Shown: positions 8,346 through 17,970, counted from the first letter of the stretch. The stretch is 30,619 nt of DNA from a virus (IMGVR_UViG_3300031365_000008:1-30619); one strand, 5' to 3'. The notes: generated from the sequence alone by a model not told the origin. Numbers and translations are program-made.

Positions 8346-8928
8346 GGAATATAACAGATGGTATAAAACATTTTTAGGAATAAGGCAAAGACATACCTAT
8401 TGGATTTATAAAGTCATCGATGAAGTTTTAAATGAGAACAAACAAGTGAAGGGGATCATTGAAACAGGGACCGGAGCGGGAGCATTGTCAGTATTCCTGG
8501 GTCTTGAATGTTACGAGAGAGAATTAAAACCATTAATGACTTATGATTTAAAAGGATTCGTAAAAGAAGGAGTGGGAATAACAGCCTACAAAGAACCAAA
8601 GCTATTTAAGTTATTAAATATTAAATATGTGGTTAGAGATTGCTTCCAGGAAGAATCAATAGCAGAGATTATAGAATATGCAGACCAGCCAATATTTTTT
8701 ATGTGTGATGGAGGAGATAAAATAGGGGAATTTAAATTCTTTACCGGATTATTAAAAAAGGACTCTATTATTGCTTCACATGATTGGGAATCGGTAGCCA
8801 GGAGCAAGCTAACAGAGGATAATACCAAAGAGACCGTAGAGAAGTATGGTTTAATACCATTACACAAAGAGGAATGGAATAGCCCACCGGATTATATTAA
8901 AACTTGTTTCTGGAGGAAGGGAATATGA
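8338..8928 (+). CDS. Class I SAM-dependent methyltransferase (CmcI/Methyltransf_24-like)
   Basis: IIETGTGAGALS, TYDL, FFMCDGGDK, IIASHDW. Start set at ATG 8338 behind AAGGAG. Confidence 0.75.
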   Translation: MNKEYNRWYKTFLGIRQRHTYWIYKVIDEVLNENKQVKGIIETGTGAGALSVFLGLECYERELKPLMTYDLKGFVKEGVGITAYKEPKLFKLLNIKYVVRDCFQEESIAEIIEYADQPIFFMCDGGDKIGEFKFFTGLLKKDSIIASHDWESVARSKLTEDNTKETVEKYGLIPLHKEEWNSPPDYIKTCFWRKGI

Positions 8929-9653
8929 ATAAAAAGATAATAGTACAAATACCTTTTAATGTACAGGGATTTAATAAGGAAAACGAGCTAAATGAAGAAT
9001 GGATAGACTACCGATTAAAACTATTTATAGGCTGGAACGTTAAAAGCCTAAAGGCACAAACCAATCAATGGTTTACTGCTATGCTGCGATGCAGGGATGA
9101 GACCCTGGAATATATAAAAGAGCGAATAGAGCGGTTAATACCCGGGAACGTTTTAATCGTTGGAGTAAAAGAATACCACGAAAAGACACAGGAGTTAATC
9201 AGGGGATATGAGCACTTATACCAGGTGAGAATGGATTCAGACGATATGTATGAAAAGAACTTTATTGATTTGCTACACAATATATACCCGAAGCCGGAAA
9301 CAGAAGTGCTGATCAGCCAGAGATGCTATACCTACGACATAAACCAGGGGAGGCTGGCCTATTTTCATTATGCCTCACCACAATCTTATGTTTTAATATA
9401 CAAGACACCAGAATACCGATTGGGGAAAAGGTATGCACTAAAGAACGGACATGGAGGAGCGATCCTGCTAAAACACGAATTATTATCCGGGATAAATTAT
9501 ATGGATACCGTTCATAAGAGAAATGATTCTTCCTATTTTGAAGCAGGGAAGGGAGGGAAAAAGGACTGGAGCGAAATAGAAGACAAAAATGATATAAGAG
9601 AGATACTAAAAGACTTTGGAATTACAAGAGAGGAGACCAATGAAGCAGCATAA
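8925..9653 (+). CDS. GT-A glycosyltransferase (putative rhamnosyltransferase-like)
   Basis: WIDYRLKLF...KSLKAQTNQWF and the DxD motif RMDSDD. ATGA overlap with the upstream gene. Confidence 0.75.
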   Translation: MNKKIIVQIPFNVQGFNKENELNEEWIDYRLKLFIGWNVKSLKAQTNQWFTAMLRCRDETLEYIKERIERLIPGNVLIVGVKEYHEKTQELIRGYEHLYQVRMDSDDMYEKNFIDLLHNIYPKPETEVLISQRCYTYDINQGRLAYFHYASPQSYVLIYKTPEYRLGKRYALKNGHGGAILLKHELLSGINYMDTVHKRNDSSYFEAGKGGKKDWSEIEDKNDIREILKDFGITREETNEAA

Positions 9654-10878
9654 GCAAAAAATATTATACCACATCAGCAGATGGTACGAAGGAACTGCTT
9701 ATAAAAATATAAATTTTATGAAAGACAACTTCGGTGGGATCATTATAAAAGACAACATACAGGAAGTCAGGCAGTACATAGAGGAAGAACATCCGGACTT
9801 CATGGTGATCAGAGGAGATAACCGGACAGATTATAGGATAGCCATGAGATACAAGATCCCTTATTTATTAATCGAAAATGACATAAGCAGCATGAGGATA
9901 GGCACAAGGGAAGGATATAATACGGAGCGGGAAATGATAGAAAATGCTTCAGCCATGATCCTGACCAGCGAAGGACATGCAGAATATTTAATTAAGAAGA
10001 GAAACACCGAAGGATGGCATGTACCATATTATAAGATAATACATACCAGGCCACTGGCAAAAGACCTGGAAGGATTAGAACCGAAGCCAAAGCTCCCTGG
10101 CCTGAATTTAGTTTATGCAGGCGGGATAATGCCAGGCTGGGCAAGAAATAGAAGGCCTTTCGGATACCGATGCTATCATGAAATATTTACTCAATTTATA
10201 AAGGCAGGCTGGAATGTGCATATTTATTCAGCAAGCTACAATACCGGAAAACTATCGGAATACAAGGGGATAGGATGTAAGATTCATGAGACCTTACCAT
10301 ATAAAATATTGCTCCAGGAGATGACAAGATACACAGCAGGATTCCATGGTTATAATAAGGACCATGTTCCGGTTGGAGCATACCAATATACCCAGAGCTG
10401 TGTAGGAAATAAAGTATGGGATTATCTGGCAGCAGGGATACCGACCATAGGATACCAGGGAGGAAGGGGAATGAAGATATACAGAAATAAATGGGGTATT
10501 GTATTAAGGAATATAGATGAAAAAACCATAAGGGGAATCCCGGATAGGCTGGAAAAATTAGTGATAACAGAGCAGATAAGAGAAGACAATGTCATGGATA
10601 AAGACCTGGGTAAATATAAAAAAATAGTTAATAAAATAATGAGGGAAGTTCGGGAAGGGAAAATAAAAAAATATTACCCTGCAGTGAAGATTCTCCCGAT
10701 GAAAGATAATGAACGTTTAAGAAACAATATAAGGGTATACAACAAAGGAGCGACCCCGATATTTAGAGGAGGGCATATATTCCAGCCAGGGGAAACAACA
10801 AAGGAAATGACTATAAATTTAAGAACATTCAAGGAAATAAAATCTCATGTCAGCTTGGTTATTGAGATGATAGAATAG
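9640..10878 (+). CDS. GT-B glycosyltransferase with C-terminal head-protein-like domain
   Basis: EREMIENASAMILTSE, LVYAGGI, NKVWDYLAAGIPTI (GT4-like signature). The C-terminal ~50 aa resemble the next ORF. Confidence 0.8.
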   Translation: MKQHKQKILYHISRWYEGTAYKNINFMKDNFGGIIIKDNIQEVRQYIEEEHPDFMVIRGDNRTDYRIAMRYKIPYLLIENDISSMRIGTREGYNTEREMIENASAMILTSEGHAEYLIKKRNTEGWHVPYYKIIHTRPLAKDLEGLEPKPKLPGLNLVYAGGIMPGWARNRRPFGYRCYHEIFTQFIKAGWNVHIYSASYNTGKLSEYKGIGCKIHETLPYKILLQEMTRYTAGFHGYNKDHVPVGAYQYTQSCVGNKVWDYLAAGIPTIGYQGGRGMKIYRNKWGIVLRNIDEKTIRGIPDRLEKLVITEQIREDNVMDKDLGKYKKIVNKIMREVREGKIKKYYPAVKILPMKDNERLRNNIRVYNKGATPIFRGGHIFQPGETTKEMTINLRTFKEIKSHVSLVIEMIE

Positions 10879-10893
10879 GATCAGGAGGATAAG

Positions 10894-11166
10894 ATGTTAA
10901 ATTTAAAATATAGAATAAAGGTTTTTAATCATAAAGGGGAAAGAATCAACCGGAATAAATGTGTGTTCCCACCGGAAGAAGGAAGAGAATACAATATAAG
11001 AGATAGAACATTTAAAGAAATAAAAGCCTGCAAGGATCTGGAGATAACCGAATGCCGTTATATATGCCCGATATGTGATAGGGAATTTGATAAAAGGCAT
11101 GGTCTTATAACACATATTACTATGGCACATCCGGAAGAGAAATATAAATTAAAAGGGAAAAAATAA
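10894..11166 (+). CDS. Small head-associated protein (Mu gp35/FluMu-N-like) with C2H2 zinc finger
   Basis: IKVFN...INRNKCVFPPE...RTFKEIKACKDLEI, then YICPICDREFDKRHGLITHITMAH. Directly before the head-tail adaptor. Confidence 0.55.
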   Translation: MLNLKYRIKVFNHKGERINRNKCVFPPEEGREYNIRDRTFKEIKACKDLEITECRYICPICDREFDKRHGLITHITMAHPEEKYKLKGKK

Positions 11167-11178
11167 GGAGATGATACG

Positions 11179-12075
11179 ATGGCAAACCAATATTATTCTA
11201 CCGTAGCAGATGTTAAAAGATATAGCGGAATCACTTATGCTAAATTAGGATTGTCTGGGGAAACCGAAATGGATACCATGATAGAAGACTGGCTGAAACA
11301 AGTAGCAAGCCTAATTAATAGGGATAGGGGAAGGAATCTTCTAAACGATTTGACCTTTGGAGAAAAGAGAATAGTGGACCAGGGAGTAGAGGAATGGAAT
11401 GAGCAGACAGTAGCCGGAGTGACCATAGCATTGGAAACCGATCCCTATGAATTACCAAAAGGGGAAGAACGGATAGCGGTTAACCGGATAGAGATATCGT
11501 CAACCGTAGGAGCGAATACAGTAATAGCCAGCAAGGCAATTGAAACAGATTACCAGGACTTGAGCGATGCAAAAATAATAATGATAAAAGTAAAGCCTTA
11601 TGTAGACTGCGAAAAAGGAGCAATCCAGCTTTTATTATCGAGTGCAATCAATTGTGGTACGATCGTGAAGACAATAGACTTCCCGGAGATGTATGATAAC
11701 GAATGGAAACTATGTAAATTTTACCTGGGGAGCAAAGCAGCCTACGCGAGCATTAAAAGTATAGGCCTGAAATTAGTAGATGAAGTAGGAGGGTATTTCT
11801 GGGTAGCGGATATAGAGAAATTAGTGATCCCGGAAGGAATACATAATATAGCTATGAGAGCCTGTACAAATATGGTAAAATTAGCATACATGAATAGGGA
11901 ATCCCCGGTGATAAGGATAGACGACTGGAATACAAAAATGGTAGAAGATAAAATTTTAACCGATTCGTTAAAAAAAGAATTAAGTTTATATTACAAAAAG
12001 CCGGAGTTTTCATTTAATAGAGTGGTTGGCATGGTAGACGACCAGAGAGATATCCCAATAAGTGAGATAGATTAA
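11179..12075 (+). CDS. Head-tail adaptor (gp6/gp15-like) with an inserted beta-sandwich domain
   Basis: N-terminal YSTVADVK...IEDWLKQVASLINR and C-terminal IPEGIHNIAMR...LKKELSLY flank about 160 extra residues. Confidence 0.72.
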   Translation: MANQYYSTVADVKRYSGITYAKLGLSGETEMDTMIEDWLKQVASLINRDRGRNLLNDLTFGEKRIVDQGVEEWNEQTVAGVTIALETDPYELPKGEERIAVNRIEISSTVGANTVIASKAIETDYQDLSDAKIIMIKVKPYVDCEKGAIQLLLSSAINCGTIVKTIDFPEMYDNEWKLCKFYLGSKAAYASIKSIGLKLVDEVGGYFWVADIEKLVIPEGIHNIAMRACTNMVKLAYMNRESPVIRIDDWNTKMVEDKILTDSLKKELSLYYKKPEFSFNRVVGMVDDQRDIPISEID

Positions 12076-12509
12076 TGAGCCTTAAAATATATATCGACCC
12101 GGAGCAAGTAAAAAAGATAATGGAGATACCAAAGGCAGCCAGTAAGCAGGCCTTCTTTTACCTGGTAACAGAAGTGTGGGCAGGTTTAAGAGAAGAGCCA
12201 CCGATAGACCATGGAAGGTTAAGAGGAAGCTGGCAAATGGAAAAATTAAGCAATTTTTGGTATAAACTTGTCAGCGGGGTAGAATATGCTCCACACGTAG
12301 CCTACGGAACCGGGATATATGGGCCGAGAGGGATAAAGATAACACCGACTACTAAGCGATGCCTTCATTTCATGTGGAAAGGAATGGAGATATTTGTCAA
12401 GAGCGTAAAAGGCCAGAAGCCAAACCCATTTCATGAAAGAGCAATGAAAAGAGGGGAAAATAGGATAGATGAATTTATAAGGACAGCCTTAAGAGAAACA
12501 GGAGGGTAA
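12075..12509 (+). CDS. HK97 gp10-like neck/tail-completion protein
   Basis: PIDHGRLRGSW, VEYAPHVAYGTGIYGP, VKGQKPNPF. Confidence 0.85.
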   Translation: MSLKIYIDPEQVKKIMEIPKAASKQAFFYLVTEVWAGLREEPPIDHGRLRGSWQMEKLSNFWYKLVSGVEYAPHVAYGTGIYGPRGIKITPTTKRCLHFMWKGMEIFVKSVKGQKPNPFHERAMKRGENRIDEFIRTALRETGG

Positions 12510-12510
12510 A

Positions 12511-12981
12511 ATGGAATTAAAAACATTGGAAGATGCGATAGACGATATCATGGATAAAATAGAAGAGAAATTATCCGGAGCCATACAGGATGGAGGGAAA
12601 TTGGATGATGTTAAAGCATTAGTCATTGGAATGAAAACCAGCCAGAAACCCGAAGCACCAGCTATATGGGTAATGGAAGGGGAAACCATAATAAACCCGA
12701 CTACCAAAACTACCATATGGGAAAGTTGGGATATGGATATCGTTATCATTGGAGTAGTCTATAATGCAATAGAAGGGAAAGCCGGATACAAAGAAGCAAA
12801 TAATTTGACAGCCAGGGCAAAAAATATATTGCTGGCTGATAGGACCCTGGGATTCGGGCATGGTACATTTTTTCAAGATATAAAGAGCAAAAGATTTGAT
12901 GGAAATAATCCATACTTCCAAAACGGAAATTATTATAGTGCGGTTTATACTTTGACCGTTACTTTTACGGTTCGCGAGTGA
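12511..12981 (+). CDS. Putative tail terminator
   Basis: Size and position between the gp10-like gene and the tail tube. PAIWV and LADRTLG motifs. Confidence 0.65.
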   Translation: MELKTLEDAIDDIMDKIEEKLSGAIQDGGKLDDVKALVIGMKTSQKPEAPAIWVMEGETIINPTTKTTIWESWDMDIVIIGVVYNAIEGKAGYKEANNLTARAKNILLADRTLGFGHGTFFQDIKSKRFDGNNPYFQNGNYYSAVYTLTVTFTVRE

Positions 12982-12985
12982 TAGT

Positions 12986-13687
12986 ATGGAAAGATTATAT
13001 CATAAACTATATATGAGAAAATGGCGGTTAGACAATAAAGAGCACATCAAAGAATATATGAAACAATGGAGAAAAAATAATAAAGATAAAATATCAAGAT
13101 ATAGAAAAGAATATTATGAAAACAATAGAATAGAAGAAATAGAAAAAGTTAAAGAATATCAAAAGAATAATAGAGAGAAAATATTAGCTGGTAAGAAAAA
13201 ATATCATGAAGAAAATAGGGAAAATGAAAATGAATATAACAAGAAATATCAAAAAACAGAAAAAGGGAAAATAGGAAGCCAAAGACGTAATAAAAGATGG
13301 CGGGATAAAAATGTAGAACAAATTAAGGAATATAGTAAAAAATATCATAAAGACAATAAAGAAAAAGAAATATTATATAGGAGAGAATGGGCTAAAACAG
13401 AAAATGGTAAAGCAAAAAATCAAAGAATGCATTCAAGAAGGCGTGCAATGGAAAATAATATAATAAATACTTTAACCTATCAAGAGTGGTTAAATATTTT
13501 AAAAGAGTATAATTATAAGTGTGCTTATTGCGGGATTGATTTTGATGAGGACAATTTACCTACAAGAGACCATACAATACCAATAAGCAAAGGAGGGGAT
13601 AATACGAAAGAGAATGTTATTCCAGCATGTAGGATTTGTAACGCAAAAAAGGGTAATAAAATATTAATATTAAATGAAAGGAGATGA
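12986..13687 (+). CDS. Free-standing HNH endonuclease
   Basis: K/E/Y-rich helical repeats, then CAYCG...TRDHTIPISKGGDNTKENVIPACRICNAKKG. Confidence 0.92.
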   Translation: MERLYHKLYMRKWRLDNKEHIKEYMKQWRKNNKDKISRYRKEYYENNRIEEIEKVKEYQKNNREKILAGKKKYHEENRENENEYNKKYQKTEKGKIGSQRRNKRWRDKNVEQIKEYSKKYHKDNKEKEILYRREWAKTENGKAKNQRMHSRRRAMENNIINTLTYQEWLNILKEYNYKCAYCGIDFDEDNLPTRDHTIPISKGGDNTKENVIPACRICNAKKGNKILILNERR

Positions 13688-13692
13688 TTATA

Positions 13693-14703
13693 ATGACAGA
13701 ACCGCGCCGTTATTGCGGTTTTTGTGAAGAAGAGAATTTTAATCCAGCGGTTGCACCGGAAGCAGTATTCCATATTGATATAGCATCAGCCACCCTGGAT
13801 GCACCATCCGATCCTAACTTACATTTTGAAGGAGGATTAAGCAGAGGTAGGAAAATAATAAGACCGGGGTATTATGTGCCGGCAGGGAACGTGGTATACG
13901 CTATTGACATTCGTTCAATAGGATACTTTTTAAAGTGGGCATTAGGAAATTATGTTTATACCGATGGAGGAGCGGGAACCAATACCCACGAAATCTATCC
14001 TAAAGAAAATACCGTACTACCTTCGTATACCGTAAGGCTGGGAAAGGATATATTTGAGCATGTATTCAGAGGATGTGTGATGAATGGCCTGGAGATAGCC
14101 ATAGAAGATTCCTTTATATTTGCTACCCTGGATAACATCGGAGCAAAGGACACCAGAGTAACCTTAAAAGAGATTTCGGGTTTAACTTTATTTAATGAGA
14201 ACAATTTATCCTTTATAGATGCTTCCCTTGCTTTAGGTGATGCTATAGATTATAACTGCAAGATAAAGAATCTAACTATAAGCATAACCAACGGAGCAGA
14301 TGCTGGACTAGGGAAAGGATTCGGACAAAGACATCCATGCAGAATCCCGGTAGGAGCAAGAAATGTTGATATAAAGGGAAATTTATTTTTTGAAGATTGG
14401 ACTGAATATACAAAATTCTGGGGAGCAGCCGGAGGCGTTAGTGTAAATGGAGTAACAACCGAAGCCATGATCCTAACCATCGATGCGGGAACGGATGGCA
14501 GCCTGGAATTTAACTTCCCGAAATTAGCTTATACCGACTTAAAAACTCCACCTTCCGGAAGAGGAGAAATCGTTCAAGCCTTCAGTGGAATAGCATTAAT
14601 AGATACTATAACCTTGGCCGATGCAGTAACCGAAATAGAAGCTGAAGTATTGGCTACATTATTAAATAACAATGACGACATGGATGATGATATTATGTCT
14701 TAA
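13693..14703 (+). CDS. Tail tube (major tail) protein
   Basis: GYFLKWALG, LPSYTVRLGKD, FRGCVMNGLEI, GARNVDIKGNLFF, LEFNFPK. SD AAAGGAG. No sheath gene is present. Confidence 0.8.
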   Translation: MTEPRRYCGFCEEENFNPAVAPEAVFHIDIASATLDAPSDPNLHFEGGLSRGRKIIRPGYYVPAGNVVYAIDIRSIGYFLKWALGNYVYTDGGAGTNTHEIYPKENTVLPSYTVRLGKDIFEHVFRGCVMNGLEIAIEDSFIFATLDNIGAKDTRVTLKEISGLTLFNENNLSFIDASLALGDAIDYNCKIKNLTISITNGADAGLGKGFGQRHPCRIPVGARNVDIKGNLFFEDWTEYTKFWGAAGGVSVNGVTTEAMILTIDAGTDGSLEFNFPKLAYTDLKTPPSGRGEIVQAFSGIALIDTITLADAVTEIEAEVLATLLNNNDDMDDDIMS

Positions 14704-14723
14704 AGAATAAAAGGAGAAGGATC

Positions 14724-15155
14724 ATGGAAAATATAATCTCAATAAAAGACCGGATACTTAAGGGAAAAGATTTTATTAAGAAAATTAATATAAAGGAGCT
14801 TGGAGGGGAAATCCAGATTAGGCCTTTAACCGAAGGGGAGTGGACAGAAATAAGCGCGATGGCAGTGAAATCAGCCAAAACAGAATTCACTCCTATATTT
14901 GATAAAGCAGGCGAAGTAGACAAAGATAAAACAAAGCAATCTATTAAGTTTAATTTTGATATAGAAACACTTCAAAAAGGAGACTTTGAAAAGAATATTC
15001 TGGCCTGTAAATATGGGATAGTAGAAGAAGGACTAACAGAAGAGGAATTAAGGCAATTATCTCCTCCAGGGATCATTAAGAAAATAGCAGATGAAATATA
15101 TAAAATAAGCGGGATACAAGAGGAGGAGCTGAAGGCATTGCAGTTTTTTCGTTAA
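14724..15155 (+). CDS. Tail assembly chaperone (gpG-like)
   Basis: Between tube and tape measure. IQIRPLTEGEW and IADEIYKISG. Ends CAG TTT TTT CGT TAA. Confidence 0.8.
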   Translation: MENIISIKDRILKGKDFIKKINIKELGGEIQIRPLTEGEWTEISAMAVKSAKTEFTPIFDKAGEVDKDKTKQSIKFNFDIETLQKGDFEKNILACKYGIVEEGLTEEELRQLSPPGIIKKIADEIYKISGIQEEELKALQFFR

Positions 15156-15363
15156 CAGTGGAGAAGGACAGAACATTATAGCATACCATATTGCAGGGAT
15201 ACGTTTTATAGATAGATACCAGGATATGACTAATACCCAGAAAATCTTTATAGAATTGGGATATGAAGAATACCATAGACGACAGCAGGGGAGCAGCGAA
15301 AACTACGGAAACGATAAATATGCCGAGGCTCGGAAACAAGCCAGAGAGAAGGTGAAGAAATAA
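15148..15363 (+). CDS. Frameshift extension of the tail chaperone (gpT-like, +1 frame)
   Basis: Open frame FVNSGEGQNIIAYHIAGIRFIDRYQDMTNTQKIFIELGY...KVKK* has no start of its own at its 5' end and ends immediately before the tape-measure ATG. Confidence 0.72.
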   Translation, partial: FVNSGEGQNIIAYHIAGIRFIDRYQDMTNTQKIFIELGYEEYHRRQQGSSENYGNDKYAEARKQAREKVKK

Positions 15364-17619
15364 ATGGCAAACGTAATGGAAGTTGTTGTAAAAGGGGTAG
15401 ACCAGCTATCCCCGGTAATGGATAAAATAGATTCAAAGGTTCAAAGCACAGGGAAAACCATACAAGAGAAATGGGCAGGTGCAGGAAAAACCATGCAGGT
15501 AGCCGGAGTAGCAGCAGTAGCTTTGGGAGCAGGGATAGAGATGCTGGCCAGGTCAAGTGCACCACTTACAGAAACTACCAGGAGACTTGCCGATTATTTG
15601 GATATAGATAGCAAAGCTATGAGGCAATTAGTTATAGACACTTCAAACGTCACATTCCCATTGAAAGAAGTATTGGCTATTATGGAAACAGGAACGAGGT
15701 TAGGGATAGAAAGTGCAGATAGCCTTAAAAAATATGCCCAATTCTGGGATATGGTTGGAGATGCAACCGGAGAAAGTGCTCCAGTATTAGCAGAGGCCGG
15801 GGTATCCTTAAAAGCATTAGGAATAGCAGCAGGAGAAGAAGGGAAAGCCCTGGCAGCCTTTGGATTCATACAGAGAAATACTACAATGGATGTTGGAGAT
15901 TTTATTAATTCAGTAGGTAGATTAGCACCGGAGATGAGAGAATTAAAGATGGGAGTAAATGAAGCAGCGGTAGTATTAGGGATCATGCAAAAAGAATTTG
16001 GAATGACTTCCAGAGTAGCCATGCAGGAATTCAGGACAGCAGTAACATCAGCAGATGGAGATATAAATAAACTTAAAGAGACCCTGGGGATAACAAGTGA
16101 AATGTGGGATACCTACAGCCAGAAGGTAGCGGAAAGTTCGGACATTATAGCAGAGAATGCCAAAAGAAATAATGAGCTTTATACACCGATGCAAAAAATA
16201 CAGCATGCTATCGATGAATTAAAATATAAAATGGGAGACTTTATAGCCGGAGCAGCGAATTATGCACCATTACTAACCGGGATGGGATCAGCCATGACCA
16301 TCATTGGAACTATAATGAAATCAAATTTCTTACCACAAATTATAGCAGCAACAACAAAGGTCTGGGCTTTTACAGCCTCTATATTAGCAAATCCTCTGAC
16401 CTGGTGGGTTATAGGTATAACAGCAGTTATCGCAGCGATTGTATTGCTCTGGAAAAATTGGTCACAAATAACCGAATGGATAAGCAGAAAAATTGATTGG
16501 ATAGTAGATAAGTTTGCCTGGTTAGGAGATAAGGTAAAATGGGTAGCGGAAAAGCTGCATTTATACAAAGAGAAGACAGAGGAGATAATTGATTCTACTG
16601 ATGATTTAAAAGACTCAACAGATAAAACCGGGGGGGCAATAGATGACCTGGCCACAACAGAAGAAGGAGCTACCACAACGACAAAAAACCTGGCAACAGA
16701 AACAGATGGGCTGACAACATCCCTGGATGGAGTAGCGACAGGAGCAGAGGAAGCCAAAGGAAAGTTGAATGAATGGGGTCAAGTTATTGAGACTTTTGAG
16801 GAATGGGTTATTAGATTAGGGGAAGAAAGTAAGGTAATGGCCGAGAAATCAGCGAAAGCATTTGAAGATTATTCCAATGCAATGGGGCCAGTAAAAGACA
16901 GAATAGATGAACTAACATTATCAGAAGGGGAATATGCCTTAAAAACCATAAATATAGTTGATGCTTTAAAAGAGAAAAGAAAAGAGCTTGAAGAGAATGT
17001 TAAGGCAGCAGGGCTATCAGCAGAAGAAGAAAAAAAAGCTATGGAAGAAATAGCTGAATGGTACAATCTCGAAATAGATGAGATTGTGAAAAAATTAAAA
17101 GAAAAGAGAGATGCTTTAATAGAATCAGCAAAACAAGCAGGGAAAAGTGCATCAGAAGAAAAAGCAGAAATAGCAAGCGTGACCGCAGCTTATAATGCAC
17201 AGATAAATACATTGGGAGCATTGGCATCTGTAAAAGCGAAAGCAGCCACAAAAGCAGCAGCGACAATATATAAGGTTGTAGATTCCGAAGGGAATACTAT
17301 TGCATTAAGAAGCCAGAACCAATTGAGTGCAGCGGAGAAAAAGGAAGGAATCAAATTAGTAGCGATGCATTCCGGAGGTATGGTAAGGACAGTTATCCCC
17401 GGAGGAGAAGGCCTGGCCTTATTAAAAGATAGAGAAGTGGTATCGAAACCAGGGGAAGCACCAGGGAATAATCAGATTAACCTAAATATAAATGAGGGAG
17501 CATTTAATATAACCACAAATAAACTGGATGAGAATGCTATAAAGAAAGCCGGGAAATGGTTATTTGATGAATTTTACAATCAATGCCGAGCAAATAATAT
17601 CGTTCTGCAGAGGGGATAA
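15364..17619 (+). CDS. Tape measure protein
   Basis: 751 aa, Ala-rich and helical. ANPLTWWVIGITAVIAAIVLLWKNW segment, Trp-spaced repeats, C-terminal HSGGMV...EGLALL..REVV. Confidence 0.92.
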   Translation: MANVMEVVVKGVDQLSPVMDKIDSKVQSTGKTIQEKWAGAGKTMQVAGVAAVALGAGIEMLARSSAPLTETTRRLADYLDIDSKAMRQLVIDTSNVTFPLKEVLAIMETGTRLGIESADSLKKYAQFWDMVGDATGESAPVLAEAGVSLKALGIAAGEEGKALAAFGFIQRNTTMDVGDFINSVGRLAPEMRELKMGVNEAAVVLGIMQKEFGMTSRVAMQEFRTAVTSADGDINKLKETLGITSEMWDTYSQKVAESSDIIAENAKRNNELYTPMQKIQHAIDELKYKMGDFIAGAANYAPLLTGMGSAMTIIGTIMKSNFLPQIIAATTKVWAFTASILANPLTWWVIGITAVIAAIVLLWKNWSQITEWISRKIDWIVDKFAWLGDKVKWVAEKLHLYKEKTEEIIDSTDDLKDSTDKTGGAIDDLATTEEGATTTTKNLATETDGLTTSLDGVATGAEEAKGKLNEWGQVIETFEEWVIRLGEESKVMAEKSAKAFEDYSNAMGPVKDRIDELTLSEGEYALKTINIVDALKEKRKELEENVKAAGLSAEEEKKAMEEIAEWYNLEIDEIVKKLKEKRDALIESAKQAGKSASEEKAEIASVTAAYNAQINTLGALASVKAKAATKAAATIYKVVDSEGNTIALRSQNQLSAAEKKEGIKLVAMHSGGMVRTVIPGGEGLALLKDREVVSKPGEAPGNNQINLNINEGAFNITTNKLDENAIKKAGKWLFDEFYNQCRANNIVLQRG

Positions 17620-17621
17620 AT

Positions 17622-17969
17622 ATGGATATAAAATTAGGAATAACAGATAGCGAAACCACGTTCGAATATGCAAAAGTAGATTACGGATACCAGATGCATG
17701 GAACGGTACATACCACACCAAGCGGAGCGAAAAGAATACAATATGCCAAAGAGGATAAATATATTTTTACCGTTTCATTAACTTTTGTAACCAATGATAT
17801 CTGGGTTGATTTAATGGCCGAAGTGGAGAACAGCAAAGAAAATGATTTGAATTTAATCATAGGAACGGATAATTATACGGTCAGGATCGTACCGGAAACC
17901 ATTCCAAAGAATCCAATATTAGGCACAGCCCAGGCGTATGATATAAAATTTAATTTAATAGAGGTATAA
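17622..17969 (+). CDS. Putative distal tail protein
   Basis: 115-aa beta-rich protein right after the tape measure, ending FNLIEV. Confidence 0.55.
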   Translation: MDIKLGITDSETTFEYAKVDYGYQMHGTVHTTPSGAKRIQYAKEDKYIFTVSLTFVTNDIWVDLMAEVENSKENDLNLIIGTDNYTVRIVPETIPKNPILGTAQAYDIKFNLIEV

Positions 17970-17970
17970 C

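Noticed and set aside
15594-17266. Minus-strand ORFs opposite the tape measure gene
   Set aside because: Antisense shadows without recognisable motifs or expression signals.
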